Shown here one piece after another: positions 16,342 through 16,833 of a stretch of 16,833 nt of DNA. This DNA is from Promethearchaeota archaeon (GTDB lineage: Archaea > Asgardarchaeota > Lokiarchaeia > Sigyniarchaeales > SOKP01), in the NCBI GenBank assembly GCA_013375475.1, contig JABXKD010000043.1, forward strand, positions 14,729-31,561, in the 5' to 3' direction. Position 1 is the stretch's first letter, and every line of letters begins with the position of its first letter. The position numbers were made by a program, and so were the translations under genes. The notes beneath the pieces are model-generated. The model searched no databases and was not told the DNA's origin. It saw nothing but the letters and a program-made list of their open reading frames with translations.

Positions 16342-16833
16342 CTAATCCATGGCGTATTTAGCAGTCCATGACTTAGCTTTTGCTTCGAACTTCTTTTGAG
16401 CTCTAAAATATTGCTCACCCGCCTCGTGGTTAAGAGGGTCTCCTGGGTTAAAGAAGGGAGGCTCAACATGCATCATACCTTTTAAGGCTTCTATGATGTT
16501 CGTCAAGGTTTTTGAAGGGGTCCAACCGGAAGCCCCTGTCGAAGCGTCAACTTTACCAACTAGGTCGGGATTAATCAAATCTAAACATATATTAAGTTTT
16601 CCGGGAGGAATGCTGCTATCTATATTAGGGTGCCACATTAAGGTAACGGCATATGCATTTCTCCAAGATAGACGAGATGTCTCACATTATGGAGGGGCGA
16701 AAGGATAATTTTTTTCCCTCTAAACCGAGATGGTTTAAAAATTATAAAGATCTGGGAATTTAATTTCGAAAATGAATTTTCCTTTCGCATATGGCGTTCC
16801 TTCTTTTCCGATGATGGTCAGTCGGAGGTGGTC
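16342..16833 (-). CDS. Ubiquitin-conjugating enzyme E2 (UBC), 5'-truncated by the window; split gene, complement(join(16342..16658,16689..16712,16752..>16833))
   Basis: The joined product reads DHLRLTIIGKEGTPYAKGKFIFEIKFPENYPFAPPYAYAVTLMWHPNIDSSIPPGKLNICLDL...GWTPSKTLTNIIEAL...PLNHEAG...AKSWTAKYA. It contains all UBC hallmarks (GTPY.gG.F, FP.nYPF.PP, HPNI, catalytic Cys at 16585-16587, W.P, PLN.EA). The ORF track captures only the last 98 aa because of in-frame stops in the two insertions. Confidence 0.92.
16659..16688 (-). other. Putative 30-nt BHB-type intron 2 of the E2 gene
   Basis: Sense sequence AATGTGAGACATCTCGTCTATCTTGGAGAA, which creates an in-frame TAA at its 5' junction. Central helix CUCC/GGAG, bulges AU^A and AA^A. 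Joining gives CCA T|AT GCA (P-Y-A). Confidence 0.78.
16713..16751 (-). other. Putative 39-nt BHB-type intron 1 of the E2 gene
   Basis: Sense sequence ATCTTTATAATTTTTAAACCATCTCGGTTTAGAGGGAAA, with in-frame TAA and TAG. Central helix UCCC/GGGA, bulges AG^A and AA^A, inner helix UCU/AGA. Joining gives CCA G|AA AAT TAT (P-E-N-Y). Confidence 0.8.

Noticed and set aside
16531-16570. A third intron explaining the 13-aa loop after the E2 catalytic Cys (UCCC...GGGG pairing)
   Set aside because: BHB-rule cuts would remove 34 nt and shift the frame. The segment has no stop codon and no CATCTCG hairpin, so it is treated as coding.
16493-16708. Plus-strand 71-aa ORF, and minus-strand ORF 16275..16469
   Set aside because: Both are shadow or alternative-frame ORFs overlapping the well-supported E2 gene, with no recognisable motifs.
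16659-16751. E2 as a simple pseudogene, or stop-codon readthrough/recoding
   Set aside because: The stops are confined to two discrete insertions and the flanking sequence matches the UBC consensus with no frameshift. Readthrough would need three stops (TAA, TAG, TAA) and would put 13 and 10 extra residues into the conserved core. No target-site duplications are seen. A pseudogene is not formally excluded without RNA data.

Overview
AT-rich archaeal DNA. The gene content (Rab-like GTPase without a prenylation tail, eukaryote-type ubiquitin E1 and E2, a giant MIT/TPR-like coiled-coil repeat protein, RACo, a reductive-dehalogenase-like protein) suggests an Asgard archaeon, probably Lokiarchaeia; this is an inference from gene content. 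The window holds 12 CDSs: a 5'-truncated Pro-rich protein with a perfect 21-bp tandem repeat, aspartate kinase, the Rab-like GTPase, an ASKHA/RACo corrinoid activator, a 1643-aa repeat protein, a membrane-anchored S8 protease, E1, a HAD hydrolase, an RdhA/QueG-like Fe-S protein, a 4-OT tautomerase, an Imm5-like protein and a 5'-truncated E2. The main finding is in the E2 gene (minus strand, right edge), which is interrupted by two short stop-containing insertions of 39 nt and 30 nt flanking a 24-nt micro-exon. Each insertion folds into a relaxed bulge-helix-bulge motif, and cutting at the standard positions restores the E2 consensus in frame (FPENYPFAPPYAYAVTLMWHPNI). Both insertions also share a C-AUCUC-G hairpin loop. 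They look like tRNA-endonuclease-type introns in an mRNA of the archaeal ubiquitin system. All calls come from reading the sequence by eye; no searches or folding programs were run.
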